Shown here piece by piece: positions 1 through 12,485 of a stretch of 64,000 bases of DNA. Both the position numbers and the translations under genes were made by a program. The notes under the pieces were generated by a model. The model saw nothing but the letters and a program-made list of their open reading frames with translations. It was not told the DNA's origin and searched no databases. The stretch spans positions 82,460,001 to 82,524,000 of the forward strand of contig CM068745.1 in assembly GCA_035084275.1 (NCBI GenBank), written 5' to 3'. Numbering within the stretch: the first letter of the stretch is position 1; the number at the start of each line of letters is the position of its first letter. This DNA is from Hydrolagus colliei. Its lineage: Eukaryota.

Positions 1-414
1 TTTATTACTGTGTTTTTCCCCCTGATCAGAATCGACCATAATATTTATCAAGAGCTTTGATGCGTTGTATTACTGAAGGGTGCTACAGTATCTGTACGCG
101 GGTTGTTGTATAGTTTGTAGGTGCGGTTTTAGTCACAATGAGGGATACTGCTGGTCAGATCAGCTACTGACGTTTATTTAGATAACACTGAATATGTCTC
201 ACAATAACTTATGCGAGTTGCTTTGATGTCCTATAATGTGGTAATTTGATCAATCAAAAAACCTCCATCGTTGCCTATGTCGGAAGTTGTTTTTGTCTCG
301 ATGTGTTACATCCAGTGATATCTTGTGCTACGCTGTGGTTTCAGTGGTAATTGGCGTTACATTGCTCGCACTTGTGGGGGGCATGGTGGCAATGTTATCA
401 GACTTTTGGTTAAA

Positions 415-433
415 ACACACACACACACACACA
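415..433. repeat. (CA)n microsatellite
   Basis: Direct reading. Confidence 0.9.
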
Positions 434-1684
434 TGATTTATCATCCCTGTCTGATGAGGTTTATCTGAAAACGGGGAAGGAGAAATGCTCGACTTCTAGT
501 ACGTTCCGTACTTTCTCTGCTTCGGGGAAAATGAGCCGAAATGCGCTCGTCAGAAGACGCACAAATAAAACATGGAACAATGTTGACGAAGTAAAATTTT
601 AATCATTTTGTAACATTTAATTCGCTCGCTCGCTCACTCCCTTGGTTGCTTGCTTGCTCACTTACTCGCTTCCTCACTCGGACTATCTTACACAGGATCT
701 TTCATCCTTGTACCTTCGCTTTCAGCCTTTTCAGTGCTTTTTGGAAGTTCCCCCCTCCCCTCCCCCCACCTTACTGTCTACATCCTGTTGCTACCCATCC
801 TTGGGTCTCGCTTCCCAAACCAGAGAGAGCAGCCTAACTGTGGGCACGGTTCTCTTGGAAGTTTGCACTGAAAAACCTTCCTGTGTTGACGATGACAAGA
901 AATAAAATTAAACAAGGCTGGGTACTGTAGCTCCCAACTCCCTCACTTGTCAGCCAGTGTAACTCTTTGACCCTTTACGCTCTTCAATGAAGTGGCTCGG
1001 CGTGACTGGTTAGTTTTTCGACTGAACCGCCAAGTCTAGATTTTTGCACAATTATTCTGCTATTTCCTAATTTTCTAAAGGGCATTGTCTTGAGCTTCTC
1101 TGGAGACAGCTGTCTATCTGTGCGATCTCTATCCACCAGCTAACTACTGTAGTCACGTCGACAGTTGTCTGGACCTGAAAGACAGAGTAGGTTCCTTACA
1201 AACGCAACCCCCAAACAATTGATGCCGACACAATGGAAGAGTTATTGGGTGATTCCTAGCGTAAATGTAAGGTTTGCCCTGAAGTGTAAAGACACTGAGG
1301 AGAATTGTAGTATTTAAGAACTATTCTACACGTAAACTCCACAGACAGCTGGCTTTACCAACACTCCAGTGAAGTGTACTATACACACAGGACATTGTTA
1401 CAGCTGTCTGCAAAAACAATTCCATTTGTTATGCAAGGGTACAGACTATTTCAAAATTGCAGAAGCAAATCAAACTGTAAACCCAAGGACTTTCTCGAGG
1501 GCTTCAAACAAACTGTTTCGGTGAGATAGCCACAGGCTGTTTTATCATTTTGGTGTTTCAAAAGTTTTCACTTCAGATGGGAAACAGAATTAGTCATTGG
1601 GTAATGACGGAAGGAAGTTAAAAGCAATGAAGACCTTCTATTCATGGGTCTTTCTTCCACATTTTTGGTTCAGTTTTGATAACT

Positions 1685-2100
1685 GTGTCAGCCTGACTTA
1701 GTCGGTAGCATTTTCTCCTCTGATTCAGAGGTTATTATGGGTTCAACCCGCCTCCCCTTGTTGGGGCTTTGAAATCACAGTCACACAGTTTACGCTGACA
1801 CTGCAGTTCAGTCCCAGGCGAGATCTGCATTGTTGGAAATGCCTTCCTACAAATGAGACATTAAACCTAAACTCCCATCTGCGTGTTTAGGTGAATGATA
1901 ACAATCCCATGGCGCTCTTTATATATAAAAAGAGAGAAGAAAGTTTTGTTTAAAAAACAGATTCGCTTTGTGGCTGTTTGTGGGACATTTTGATGTGTGA
2001 AAATTAACCGTCGGACATGTCTACAAAACACAGAGTAACTACATCTTACTGTGAAGCATATTTACACATCCTCCTGACGTGATCGGTGCTACATAAACGC
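1685..2100 (+). mobile_element. Old Deu-domain-type SINE
   Basis: caaatgagacattaaacc...atcccatggcgctc resembles the recalled Deu-domain consensus (ggatgagacgtaaaaccgagg...gatcccatggcact). Confidence 0.65.
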
Positions 2101-3077
2101 GAAATGTATCACGTTATTATCTCTGCTTGATCCAGCGTTAGAAAAACAAGAGGCCAGTGGTGAGGCTTGTTGGAAACATCACTGGATGGTATTGAGTACA
2201 GATCATCTTGTCGCTCCCGTTTGTGATGCCGGTTGATATGCTGTTGGATAGGGATGCAGATAAAGCCGTTCTTCAATCGGAAATTGAAACGGTGGTAATG
2301 CCTTTTCGTTTGAGATGCCAGCCTCGCATTCCTGTGCTTGTACTCCGTCCTCACAATGTACCGCACTGTTTAGACTCCCCGTGAGCTGTACCCAAAGGAG
2401 GTTTTTTTTTTCACGGGCGCCTTATGTTCCAATTTCATAGCAGGCACTGGCACGGCTAACTGCACCGGTTGCATTCTTCAGCCCTGAAAGGTGCCAAGCC
2501 CTTTCCTGCAGACTCTAAACAAAGCCATGTTGATTATTGGCCAAAATCCAGATCTGAGAATAGTTGGCATTGAGGGGGGATAAATTAGCCAGTCTCAGCC
2601 TTGCTGTCATGTCCAGTGGCAAGCCTTCTGTTAAGACAGGGTGTTCCTTGAGTTCAATGTATGGGCACAGAGGCCTTGAGAATAAGAGTAGCCTTGATTG
2701 CTTTTTTTCTATTCGCTTTTCAGTTGAATGATGTGAGTGAGTTAGTTAGTGACGGTAAGAGCACAGAGCAGCTGACAAACTACTTCCCACCAAACTTTTA
2801 TGACATGGGAACGTAGGAATGTAGAGCCCTGGAAAAAGATACCGTGGCAGATCTTATTTGTCTTGACTTGAAAAGTGCCCAGAATTCTTCACACATGGGT
2901 GTTCCTGAGAATGTCTAGAGAAGGAAGACCTTGAGGTTTTTTTCACTTGTGTCCATTTTTAGGCCCCACATGCATCAGTTTCTAAGGGGTTCAGTGGGTG
3001 AAAGCATCGCATTGTGTTACTAAGCTGTAGAAATTGAATTGGCTTTAGGTTTCATCCTTTTTGATGCAGAGTTAACT

Positions 3078-3266
3078 GAGCTCCTGTAGCTCAGTGGTTA
3101 GAGCACTCACTCGCCTTACAAGCATGAGACCTGCTGTGCGCAATTGGCTGCCGTGTTTCGCCCACAAAACATACAGTCAATTCACTTTACAGTATATTCT
3201 GTGAAGCGCTTTGAGACATTGATAAGACGTAAAAAGTGCTGTATCAAATGCAAGGATTATTATCAT
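3078..3266 (+). mobile_element. Young tRNA-derived SINE, internally deleted copy
   Basis: A-box tagctcagtgg head joined to the tgctgtgcgcaattggctgccg body and aatgcaaggattatt tail. Confidence 0.85.
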
Positions 3267-4039
3267 TGTTATATGAAGTCGAGTGGCAATTTGATGTCAA
3301 CAGTGCTATTAGTTCAATGGCTTGGAGAAGAACAGCCCGGATACCTGTGATTGGGGAAAATCACTACAAGTTATTGAATAATTCATCCTTCATCCATTTA
3401 TTGAATAATTCATCATCATTCATCAATAATTCTGACCAGCCTTTGGCCATTCCAACAACGACGCCTGAATTACATTTGTATATTCCAATGGGAACAGTGT
3501 TCATTTATGTAGCACCTTTCATGTAACGATAATATTGCAGCATTTGAATATACAGTATGGTGCGTTGTCTCAAAGTCGAGAAGTCTCAAAAGCGCTTCAC
3601 ATGATTTAATTGTAAGATTAACGGGATTAATCCTCATAGGATTTCAGGGACAGTATTTTTAGGGAAACACATCAGCCATTTTGTGCACACACCCAGCAAT
3701 GTTCCTGACAAATACCCACGAACTGAATGAGTAAAATTTACCTGGAGGATTGTTTGGGGGACACCAGAAGCAATTGCCCTCTTTCCCGTGAAAACAATAC
3801 AAAATTGCACTTATATAGTGCCTTTCACGTCAGGAGGACGTCCCAAAGCGCTGAACAGAAGTGAAAGTGTTGCTATAGTACAGACAAACACAGCAGTAGA
3901 TGTTATAGGGTTGGGTGCTGCTTTCTTTGTATAGGTTATCTTCATATTAAAAGTTCAATATTTCACATAAAATAAACTGACTGCACTAAAGTAGACATTT
4001 GAGATGACCCTTTACCCTTGTTCTGGTTTTGAGGGCATT

Positions 4040-4225
4040 GAAGCTTCTTACCGCCTATGTTCCCCTCCTAACTCTTCCCCCTCCCCTACTCTTATTCCCC
4101 TTCCCCCTACCCTGACCCCCCCCCACCCCCACCCACTCGGTTCCCGAGCTAACTGTTCAGTGCCTTGGGACGTCCTCCCGACATGAAAGGCTCTGTGCAA
4201 GTGTAAATTAGTGTTGTTGTTGTAT
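4040..4225 (+). mobile_element. L2 3-prime end fragment
   Basis: ccttgggacgtcctcccgacatgaaaggc tail followed by TTG repeats. Confidence 0.7.
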
Positions 4226-4547
4226 GTTGATCTGTCTCTTTTTCTATAGCGTTAAATAAGTCTGTACATTTTTGACGAGGATAAAAAATCTAGGGTAAAA
4301 TCAGTCAGGATGTGTGCTTTGTGCTGAATCAAATGTCCAAACCGCAACAAGAACAACAAAATTACATTTGCGTAGCGCTTTTCATGTTTCCCACATATGT
4401 ATAGACGAGTTGACTTGAGCCAGACTCTTTCCACTTATTCTCAATGAAAGGATTCAATATGGTGGATGTTGATGGGCAGTTTCTACTTGTTGGTGAGTCC
4501 AAAACGAGAGGACATCAATGTAAGATAACTCAAAGATCTAACGTAAT

Positions 4548-4663
4548 CTAATAATCCCTCAAAAGAACCCAATAATAAATTGGTTATTTCAATCCACGGC
4601 TGTTTGTGGGACACTGCTGTGGATAATTGGCTGCGCGTTTCGCCCACAAATATACAGTCAATT
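4548..4663 (+). mobile_element. Young SINE, central fragment
   Basis: aataaattggttatttcaatccacggctgtttgtgggacactgc...tacagtcaattc, ending where an L2 fragment begins. Confidence 0.75.
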
Positions 4664-4664
4664 C

Positions 4665-5277
4665 CCATGGAGGACTTTGCATATGAGGTCCAGGATCTTG
4701 AACTGTATCCTCTATGTGATGGGAAGTCAGTGGAGTCGGGCGAGGATAGGGGTGATAGGGTCAGGAAGTCTAGTGCGGGAGAGGTCATGGGCTTCAGGAT
4801 GATCTGCAGTCTGTGGAGGGACGAGTTGGGGAGGCCAACAAACAAGGGAGTTTGCATAGGCAAGCCTGGATGTTATGAATACATGTATGCGAGTCTTGTT
4901 GGCCTGTGTTGCGAGCCTGTGGCTCTTGTTGGCCTGTGTTGCGAGCCAGTGGCGGAGCTGGACACTGTTGCGGAGGTGAGGGAAGGCAGAGCAGGTCACA
5001 GCATGGATTTAGGTTAGAAAGGATGGTTGACGATCGAACAAGATCTGAAGGTTCTGGACTGGCTTAGTGTCATGGCATCCATGGATGGCGATGCTGTCAA
5101 CCTGAGGTGTGGAGGTGCTGATGGAAAGCCAATCAGGAGGGCCTCGGGTCTTTTTGACCTTCAACTAAAGAAAATTAGCTCTCATCCAGGACTTGATGTC
5201 AGGACGGGAATGGTCCTGGAGTGAAGGTTGGAGGCAGAGAGATACAGTTGGGCGTCATCCGCGTACACGTGGAGACC
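4665..5277 (-). mobile_element. L2 fragment (RT C-terminal region)
   Basis: Reverse complement resembles 57640-58230; contains a 30-bp tandem duplication near 4895-4950. Confidence 0.8.
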
Positions 5278-5599
5278 AGGCCGATAGTTCCAAATGTGTG
5301 TGCCAATTACACATAGAAATTTCCGTGAGTTTGAAATAAAATATGCATGCTCTCGCTAGAAAGCCACTGATTGCTCTAGTTCTTACAGTCTCCGTTACAC
5401 AAATAACTTTGTGAAAGTGCCTTCTTTTCTCACAGTTTATTGAAATATTGAATGGTTTGCCACACTATTATAATTATAGGAATGATTTACATTTGGCAGA
5501 ACACCTGATGACACTGAGAACATCTCGCTGAGAACCTGCTTCATAAAGTTTCTGTGAAACCGTGCTTCCGATGTATTTGCAAGGGAGGGAAAAATGGCA

Positions 5600-5885
5600 G
5601 GCCCCAACCCCACAAAGAGCTGTGAGGATCAATGGCCAATTTTCTCTGGGGATTGTTGGCCAGGATACTACAAGAAACTATTCTCTCTTGTGAATGGGAT
5701 CCGCCTGAACAGGCAGGCAGGGCCTCAGTTTAATGTTTCATCTGCAGTACAGTAACCGCACAATGTAGCACGCCCACAACCGCTATATATTGTGTCAGCT
5801 AAACCATTGCGAGTTCAAAGTCCCAACGTCGAACTTGAACACAACTGTCTTCTGACTTGAGTCTAAGAATCAGGCTGACACACCT
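5600..5885 (-). mobile_element. Old Deu-domain-type SINE
   Basis: Antisense gatgaaacattaaactgaggccc...ggatccc...tcctggccaac. Confidence 0.6.
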
Positions 5886-7578
5886 ATGGACCTGAGTACA
5901 CTCACTCGTGTACTGTACAGCGATTTCTGTGATGCACATCTATGCAAATACAAAGAAATCCAATCCCTGGCTTGGCAGAATACAGAGAATACTGTATAAC
6001 ACTAAGGCATGCTCCTGTTTTGTCATGACCCATTGTTCAGAATCGAATTGCTTTGTACATGAATCTTTGCATTGCTCAATACCACCACATCCGATCCAAC
6101 CTTTCTCATGGTTACACCTTCAATTTGTCTGACAGCCCTTAAATAAGCAGGCAATAAACACTCCCGAACACGAATACTGTGGCCTGATCTAATAATTCCT
6201 GTCTTGCCAATTCTCTTGGGCGGGTTAGATGGCATTCTGGTGTCAAAGCTTTGTCACAGGAAATAGGGAGTAGGAGATTGGTAAACTGGAGCTATGGATC
6301 AAATCATGATGAGGTCAACACACAGGGCAGGCAGTTTCAGAGCAGTTGATGGAAGATGTACAGGCCAAGTTTGGGCAGTTAGTCTTGGGATACAACTGAC
6401 AAAATATCCAGAACGCTGAAAAGAAAAAGTAAACGGAACCTGCCTGAAAAGACTGGGAATTCCTCCCGACATGAAAGGCGCTCTATAAATGTAATTTTGT
6501 TGTTGAATAATGAGTCCATAGACAAAGGTGTGATATTCTAGATGTTTTGTGAAGTAATAGTATCCAGCTCCTCGTACAATCTATAACCTTCGAACCCTCA
6601 TCAAAATCCTTGCACCTCATCACATGAACCGAGAGACCTTAAAACACTTCACGGGATTTTCTGCCAAGTGTAGTGACTGTTTAACTGTAGGCAAGTATGG
6701 TACACAGTTATGTCCTAGATGAACCTGGCATCCCCTGGTTATAATTATAATTATAACTATATAATTATAGTCAGAGGTAGGTTTCTAGAATGGTTTTGAA
6801 GGTAGAGAGGAGGACGGGGTGGGGTGCAAGGAGGAGGGATTTTAGGAGAATACCGGAAGGAAGGTTTTTTGTGGTGCAACATTTTGCTTCAGTTGATTTT
6901 CTTCTGTTTGGATGTACTATAACTTTTATTAATGCCTAATCTTTTGGCCGTCTTCCCTGTTCTGCATTTGAGAATGTAATCTTCTGACTGTTTTTGGGTG
7001 GGGGGGAGTTAGAAATTCATTCGTTAACAAAATAAACCAATCTCAAGTGTTTGGATCACAGTCTAGGCTGACTGTCGACACCCAGTCCATTGAAATGCTT
7101 GGAGGGCGTTGCATGTGGTCAGACATGCTGTTCTTCTGATGACACATTAAACTAACCTCCCTTAAAACTGAGATTCAGGTAAGATGTTAAATATCCCATT
7201 ATATACCATTGGAAAAGAGAAGAGAGTTACTCCCAATATCCTGACTAACAATCGTCCGTATAAAATTCACTTCACTTCATGGCTGTTTGTGGGATGTGGC
7301 TGTGTGCAAATTCCTGTGTGCAAATCTGTAGTTACCTACAGATACACAGTTACTATACTTTACACAAACTTGTGAAGTGCTTACAGATGTTTTATGTTTT
7401 AAGTCCTGTCACGTATTGCAAAGTTTATTATTAATTATCATGTATTTGCAAAAGCTCAGCTGTGATAATTTTAACAATCTATTTTTGGTTTTTATAAATT
7501 CCTGGCCCTTTTGGCTTCATAATATAATCTTAAACTTACTTTGTGTATGAAAGGTAATAAATATTAGTTACAAACTAA

Positions 7579-7652
7579 ATCATAGAATCATAGAATGTTA
7601 CGGCACAGAAGGAGGCCATTCGGCCTATCGAGTCTGTGCCGGGTCTTTGAGT
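7579..7652 (-). mobile_element. CR1 LINE 3-prime tail
   Basis: catagaatcatagaatgttacggcacagaaggaggccattcggcc. Confidence 0.8.
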
Positions 7653-8059
7653 GAGCAAAGATCGAGGTCCCTTTATTTTGATCAGCTGAGATTGTTGCAT
7701 GACAGAAAATGTCATCCGTCTATGTTTAGAGCATCTATTGCCAATTGTCCCTTTTGTTTTGGTTGACAGTATTTGTCCTTGAGAATATATATTTTTTCTT
7801 ACATTTCCGGTCGAAATGTTTGGACACATTTTATTGAAGAAATATTGGTGTTAATGCCCTATCCTCCTTTAAGGATCCCAGTGGCCACTGAATTAATCCA
7901 ATGAGAAGTGTCAGAATATCCAGCGGTAACCATAGCAATGGAATTATTTAACATCAGTTGTACAGAAAGTTGGTTTTCATTTCTCAAGTGTAATATTCCA
8001 ACACATTCGATACAGCGCCTTTAACGTCGTGATGTCGCAATTCACTTTGCAGGTTAAAA

Positions 8060-8420
8060 GTAAGTGTATTTACTGTTTTATATTGTGGGCGAATGTGGCA
8101 GCCAATTTGCACACAGCAATGTTCCATAAACAATCACAAAATGGAATTTATCTGGAGAAATTGTTTGGAAAGACACCAGCAGAAACTCCTTTCTGTTGTT
8201 AGTAACGCCAAGCGATCGTTCACTTGAACAGGCAGACGCGAATGCCGGTTTGATGTCTCATCCAAAGGACAATGAATGCTCTTCACCCTCTCAATACAGG
8301 TGTAAACTGAAAATACCCTTACATATTTATCTGGAGAAGGGAATTGGCATTGGGGTGGGAGGTTTTTCATCCGATCAGCTGAATGGAGAATTGTGGACCT
8401 TGGCTTGGATCTGATGGCTA
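8060..8420 (-). mobile_element. Old Deu-domain-type SINE
   Basis: ggtttgatgtctcatccaaaggac and gcagccaatttgcacacagc. Confidence 0.65.
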
Positions 8421-9514
8421 CAGCGCCTAATATTTTCTAGGCGTCTCAAAATGCTTCACATGATATACTGCAATGTGGAATGACTGTATAATACTGTATG
8501 TTGTGGGAGGAAACCGTGTATTCTTCTGAGGAGCGAATGCATGCTCCATACTTGACCAACGGAAACTGCATATACTGTATGTGGAACCTTTATTAATTTC
8601 ATTTGGAGATTTTTAAGAATGGTGATGTATCAAATACCTGGTTAACCCAAAATACTGCTGTAACTTTTAACTGGGGCTCGCTTCCAGAATCACTTTGCCT
8701 CGCTACCTTTCTCCCTTCCTTAAAAAAAAGCCCCCTAGAAAATGCGTCTGTTTGACTGTGCCTTTTATCGACGTTACTGTAAAGCACTACATTTTTAACT
8801 GCTTTATTTGTAAAGCTTGTTAAAATATTCCTTTACCAGTAACAAGTTAACTAAAACATGGCTCTTGCTACAGTTTCTCTGCCAGATATCTCTGCCATTC
8901 GGGCTAGCAAATGAGTGTTGCTATCATTTGTGAGATATTTGGGACTGGTATTCTGTGAGTAATGTAACAGGCTCATCAAGCAGATTTATTACAAACATCA
9001 ATCAAAACTGAACGCAAACAACAAACTATTACTTCACTGCTCTCAGATGTTTGTGAGTCCCATTTTCTGAGCGACTGGGTCCTCAGTTGTGTGGTAGAAA
9101 TTAATTCTATTGTGAGTTTCTGCATCAAGTACGCATTTTTCAATGGATATTTTTCTGTGTGTTTTAGGGATCTCTGACCCATTCCCAAAAAAAAGAAACA
9201 TATCTGTCCAACAGTAGGAAGTACATCTCGAATATTATAAGAACTTTTGGCATTCAATGTTCCTGACAACCCCAAAGGAAGTAACAAGTTACCAAATCTG
9301 TCCATAGCCTGCTCCCTATCTAGGTTCATGGTTGAGTAAAGGAAACTTAGCCACGGGTGCTTACTGCTCGTAAATCCTTACCTCAGTAGGGACAGAAACG
9401 TAGACTACAGAAATGTAGTCAAATGTCTTCAGGAGAGGATTTGACTGGAAGGGGGAAGAGGGAGAGGAACACTGCAGTAAAGACCTGAGATTGTATGTTA
9501 ATAGATGGCCATTA

Positions 9515-9793
9515 GGAGCTCCTGTAGCTCAGTGGTTAGAGCCACTCACTCACCTTACAAGCATGAGACCCGTGTTTGAATCCAGGCAGGTCAGGGCGAA
9601 ACCTTGGGCAAGTTTCCTTACTCCATACAGATACACACACAATTGTGTGCGCACAATTGGCTGCCGCGTTTCGCCCACAAATATATATATATACAGTCAA
9701 TTCACTTTGCAGGATATTCTGTGAAGCGCTTTGAGACGTCTAGAAGACTTGAAAAGCGCTATAACAAATGCAAGGATTATTATTAGTAGTAGT
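9515..9793 (+). mobile_element. Young tRNA-derived SINE
   Basis: ggagctcctgtagctcagtgg (A box), gtttgaatcc (B-box-like), stem-loop tail, (ATT)n. Confidence 0.9.
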
Positions 9794-10249
9794 ACTGAAT
9801 GAGGATTGGTGAGATCCTCAGTACATCATAGTTACTGTTCAGTTCCTGATACGTTGCTGAATGGTGGTTGTGGAATTCCCTTGTTGGCCCCACTGTGCTG
9901 AAAGACGGCTTGACAAAGGCTTCACACCTGGTTCTGTAGCTGAGCTCTTCAAATGTGTACGCTTAGTGTGTCCAGATTCACTTAGTCCAACTCTGTACGG
10001 TTAAGCTATTTTAGAACCCGTGTGGGCGAACGTGATTTGGTTGGAGCCCTAGGAAAGAATGAGCCCTACTCCCCCTCCTGACGCTGATTCTTGCTGGAAG
10101 TTGTATGTGTGTGTGGGTGTCTGCTGCAGGCAGGATCAGGCCTGCCTGTAATGAGCCATTCAGTTATGTAACCTGCGCTTACACACGAGGAATGACCACT
10201 TAAATGAGTTTCATGGACTTGGGGTTTGTGCATTCAACTGTAGTAAGTT

Positions 10250-10400
10250 AGCTCTCATCCAGGACTTGATGTCTGACAGACAGTCTGTCATGACAGTCAG
10301 CAGTGGTCCTGGAGTCAAGGGTAGAGGCAGAAAGATAAGAGTTGGGTGTCATCCGCATGCATATAGAAGTTGACCCCCATATCTGTGGATGATGTCACCA
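10250..10400 (-). mobile_element. L2 RT fragment
   Basis: gttgggtgtcatccgcatgca is the antisense of the YADDTQ region; similar to 5170-5270. Confidence 0.75.
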
Positions 10401-10402
10401 GT

Positions 10403-10752
10403 GGAGCTCCTGTGGCTCAGTGGTTAGAGCACTTGTCTTGCAAGCTGGGGAGACCAAGCTGGGCAGACCTGTGTTCGAATCCAGGCAGGTCAGGGCCAAA
10501 CCTTGGACAAGTTTCCTTACTCCACACACACGCCTAATAATAATCCCTCCAAAAAAACCATAATAATAAAATTGGTCATTTCAATCCACGACTGTTTGCG
10601 GGACACTGCTGTGCGCAATTGGCTGCCACCCACAAGTATATACAGTGAATTCACTTTACAGTACTTTCTGTGATGTGCTTTGAGACGTCGATCAGATGTG
10701 AAAAGCTGCTATATCAAATGCAAAGATTATTATTATATTATTTATTATATTA
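10403..10752 (+). mobile_element. Young tRNA-derived SINE, full length
   Basis: A box tggctcagtgg, B box gttcgaatcc, complete body and tail. Confidence 0.92.
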
Positions 10753-10769
10753 TATAGGGTGCGCATGTA

Positions 10770-10960
10770 GGACCTTTTCACGACAAGCTGGGGTGGGGGG
10801 GGGTGGGGAGTGGGGGAGGGGAGTTTGTAGGGTAAGAGGTGAAAAGGAGAAAAGATGACCCCAAAAAAGGCACGGTCAAAGTTTAGCTGGAACATGAGGC
10901 ACACCTTGAAAGAGGAGCAAGGGAGAGAGTCGGGGATGGTGGGGGGGAGACGTGAGATTC
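10770..10960 (-). mobile_element. L2 3-prime fragment
   Basis: aaaggcacggtcaaag...ccttgaaagagga is antisense of the L2 3-prime region. Confidence 0.6.
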
Positions 10961-11744
10961 TGTAGTAATCCCAAAATACATTGGTCGATGGTACTGTAAC
11001 CAGTCTATCTGACTCATTCAGTGAGAATTTGAGGTGTAGACAAAATCAGATGGAACAGGTTCAATCCCCGGTGTGGCTGACAAATGTACATGTGCTTAAT
11101 ACTGACATGTTTGCATGGTTACTGTTGATGCTTACCATCACTAGGCATCCAAATCATCTAACCCCAGTTGTGTTTTATGTGTCCTTGGAAGAATGTAAAT
11201 CACACCCAAGTTGCTAAATCTATTCTGCAGTTAATGATGGATCAATCCGCCCTTTGCTTTTAACGCAGTCTGGACAAATGGGCTGTTTGCACGATTCCTC
11301 ACTACTGTACTTTGGGCGCATCTGTGTAGTTACCTTGATGCTCTCCAGTAATTCAGTGCCGGGTTTACGTTTCATTTCCTTATAAGGAGACCACCTTTGT
11401 AAGTACCATGGTTATTATATAGTACCATGGTACTACTACCGTTACCATGGTACTTTTTTTTACCAGGGCAATGTTTTGGATGTTATTTTGTGCCTGTATT
11501 CTGTGACCCGCTGGTGGGTTGTGGGCTAATTACTGTAAGTTAGTTCTGGTACTGTAGATGGTACTTTAGTTATGTTTTCGTCTGTTATTGATTGTCTCCT
11601 GTGAGGCGGTTGTTACCAAGCCATTTATAGTTTCATCTAAATCTGTATTGAGTCTGGTTGTTACTGAGGAGAGTAGGCCACTGAAGCTTACTCTCTTCCA
11701 ATAAAAGCAGGATAAATGTCTGTGTGACACTCGCAGATGAATGG

Positions 11745-11920
11745 CTGTGTGTTTGGCTGTGCTTGTGTGTGTATGTGTTTGGCTATGTGTTTGTTTGGCT
11801 GTGTGTGTTTGACTGTGTGTGTGTGTTTGATTGTGTATGTGTTTGACTGTGTGTGTGTGTGTTTGGCTGTGTGTGTGTGTTTGGCTGTGTGTGTGTTTGG
11901 CTGGTGTGTGTGCGTGTATG
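11745..11920 (+). repeat. Compound (TG)n / TTTGGC minisatellite
   Basis: Repeated gtgtgtgtttggct-like units. Confidence 0.9.
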
Positions 11921-12173
11921 AAGATAGGGGAGGGACAGGTCTTGCTTGCATGGATCGGCCAATTCTTAGATAAAAACAATCCTTGCATTTGGTAAAAATG
12001 CCATTCACATCAAGACCACATGCCACAGCGCTTCACAGAGTATACATACACAGCAACTTGGAGGGACTATGTGTCTTATGGGCAAACACTTAGGCAGGTG
12101 TTGGACTTCCTGTTTGCGGTGGTATCAAAGTAACCTCTTCATCGGGGTGAGGGAACTCTGGTTGTCCTTTTTT

Positions 12174-12485
12174 GATGGACCCTCCGTTCAGCAGGACTTG
12201 GCCTGCTCCAAGCCCCCCGCCCGAACCGCCCCACCATCGGAGGCCGGGCCTTCAGTTTCTCCGCTCCCACCCTGTGGAATTCCATCCCCCAATCCCTCCG
12301 CCTTGTTTCCTCCCTTTCCTCTTTCAAGATCGGTTTGAAGACTTTCCTCTTCGATCGTGCCTTTTGTTCCCCCCCAAACACTCCCTTCCCAGCTCGGGTC
12401 ACACGCCTCCTGTGCAGCGCCTTGGGACGTCCTCCCGACGTGAAAGGCGCTTTATAAGTTTGAGTTGTTGTTGTTGTTGTTGTTG
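12174..12485 (+). mobile_element. Young L2, 5-prime-truncated copy
   Basis: Closely matches 58280-58620 and ends in (GTT)n. Confidence 0.9.

Noticed and set aside
2109-2390. CpG-containing block with open frames on both strands
   Set aside because: No recognisable protein, and no Ig or TM exons on the minus strand to connect it to.
5343-5414. MHALARKPLIALVLTV resembles the human PTGFRN leader MGRLASRPLLLALLSL
   Set aside because: There is no phase-1 donor. It would need a phase-2 donor and the weaker second AG at 19650, so it is probably coincidence.
9515-9590. tRNA-like sequences with A and B boxes
   Set aside because: They are SINE heads that continue into the SINE body; there is no full cloverleaf or Pol III terminator.
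11566-12026. His/Thr-rich and Cys/Val-rich ORFs
   Set aside because: They are translations of the TG minisatellite.
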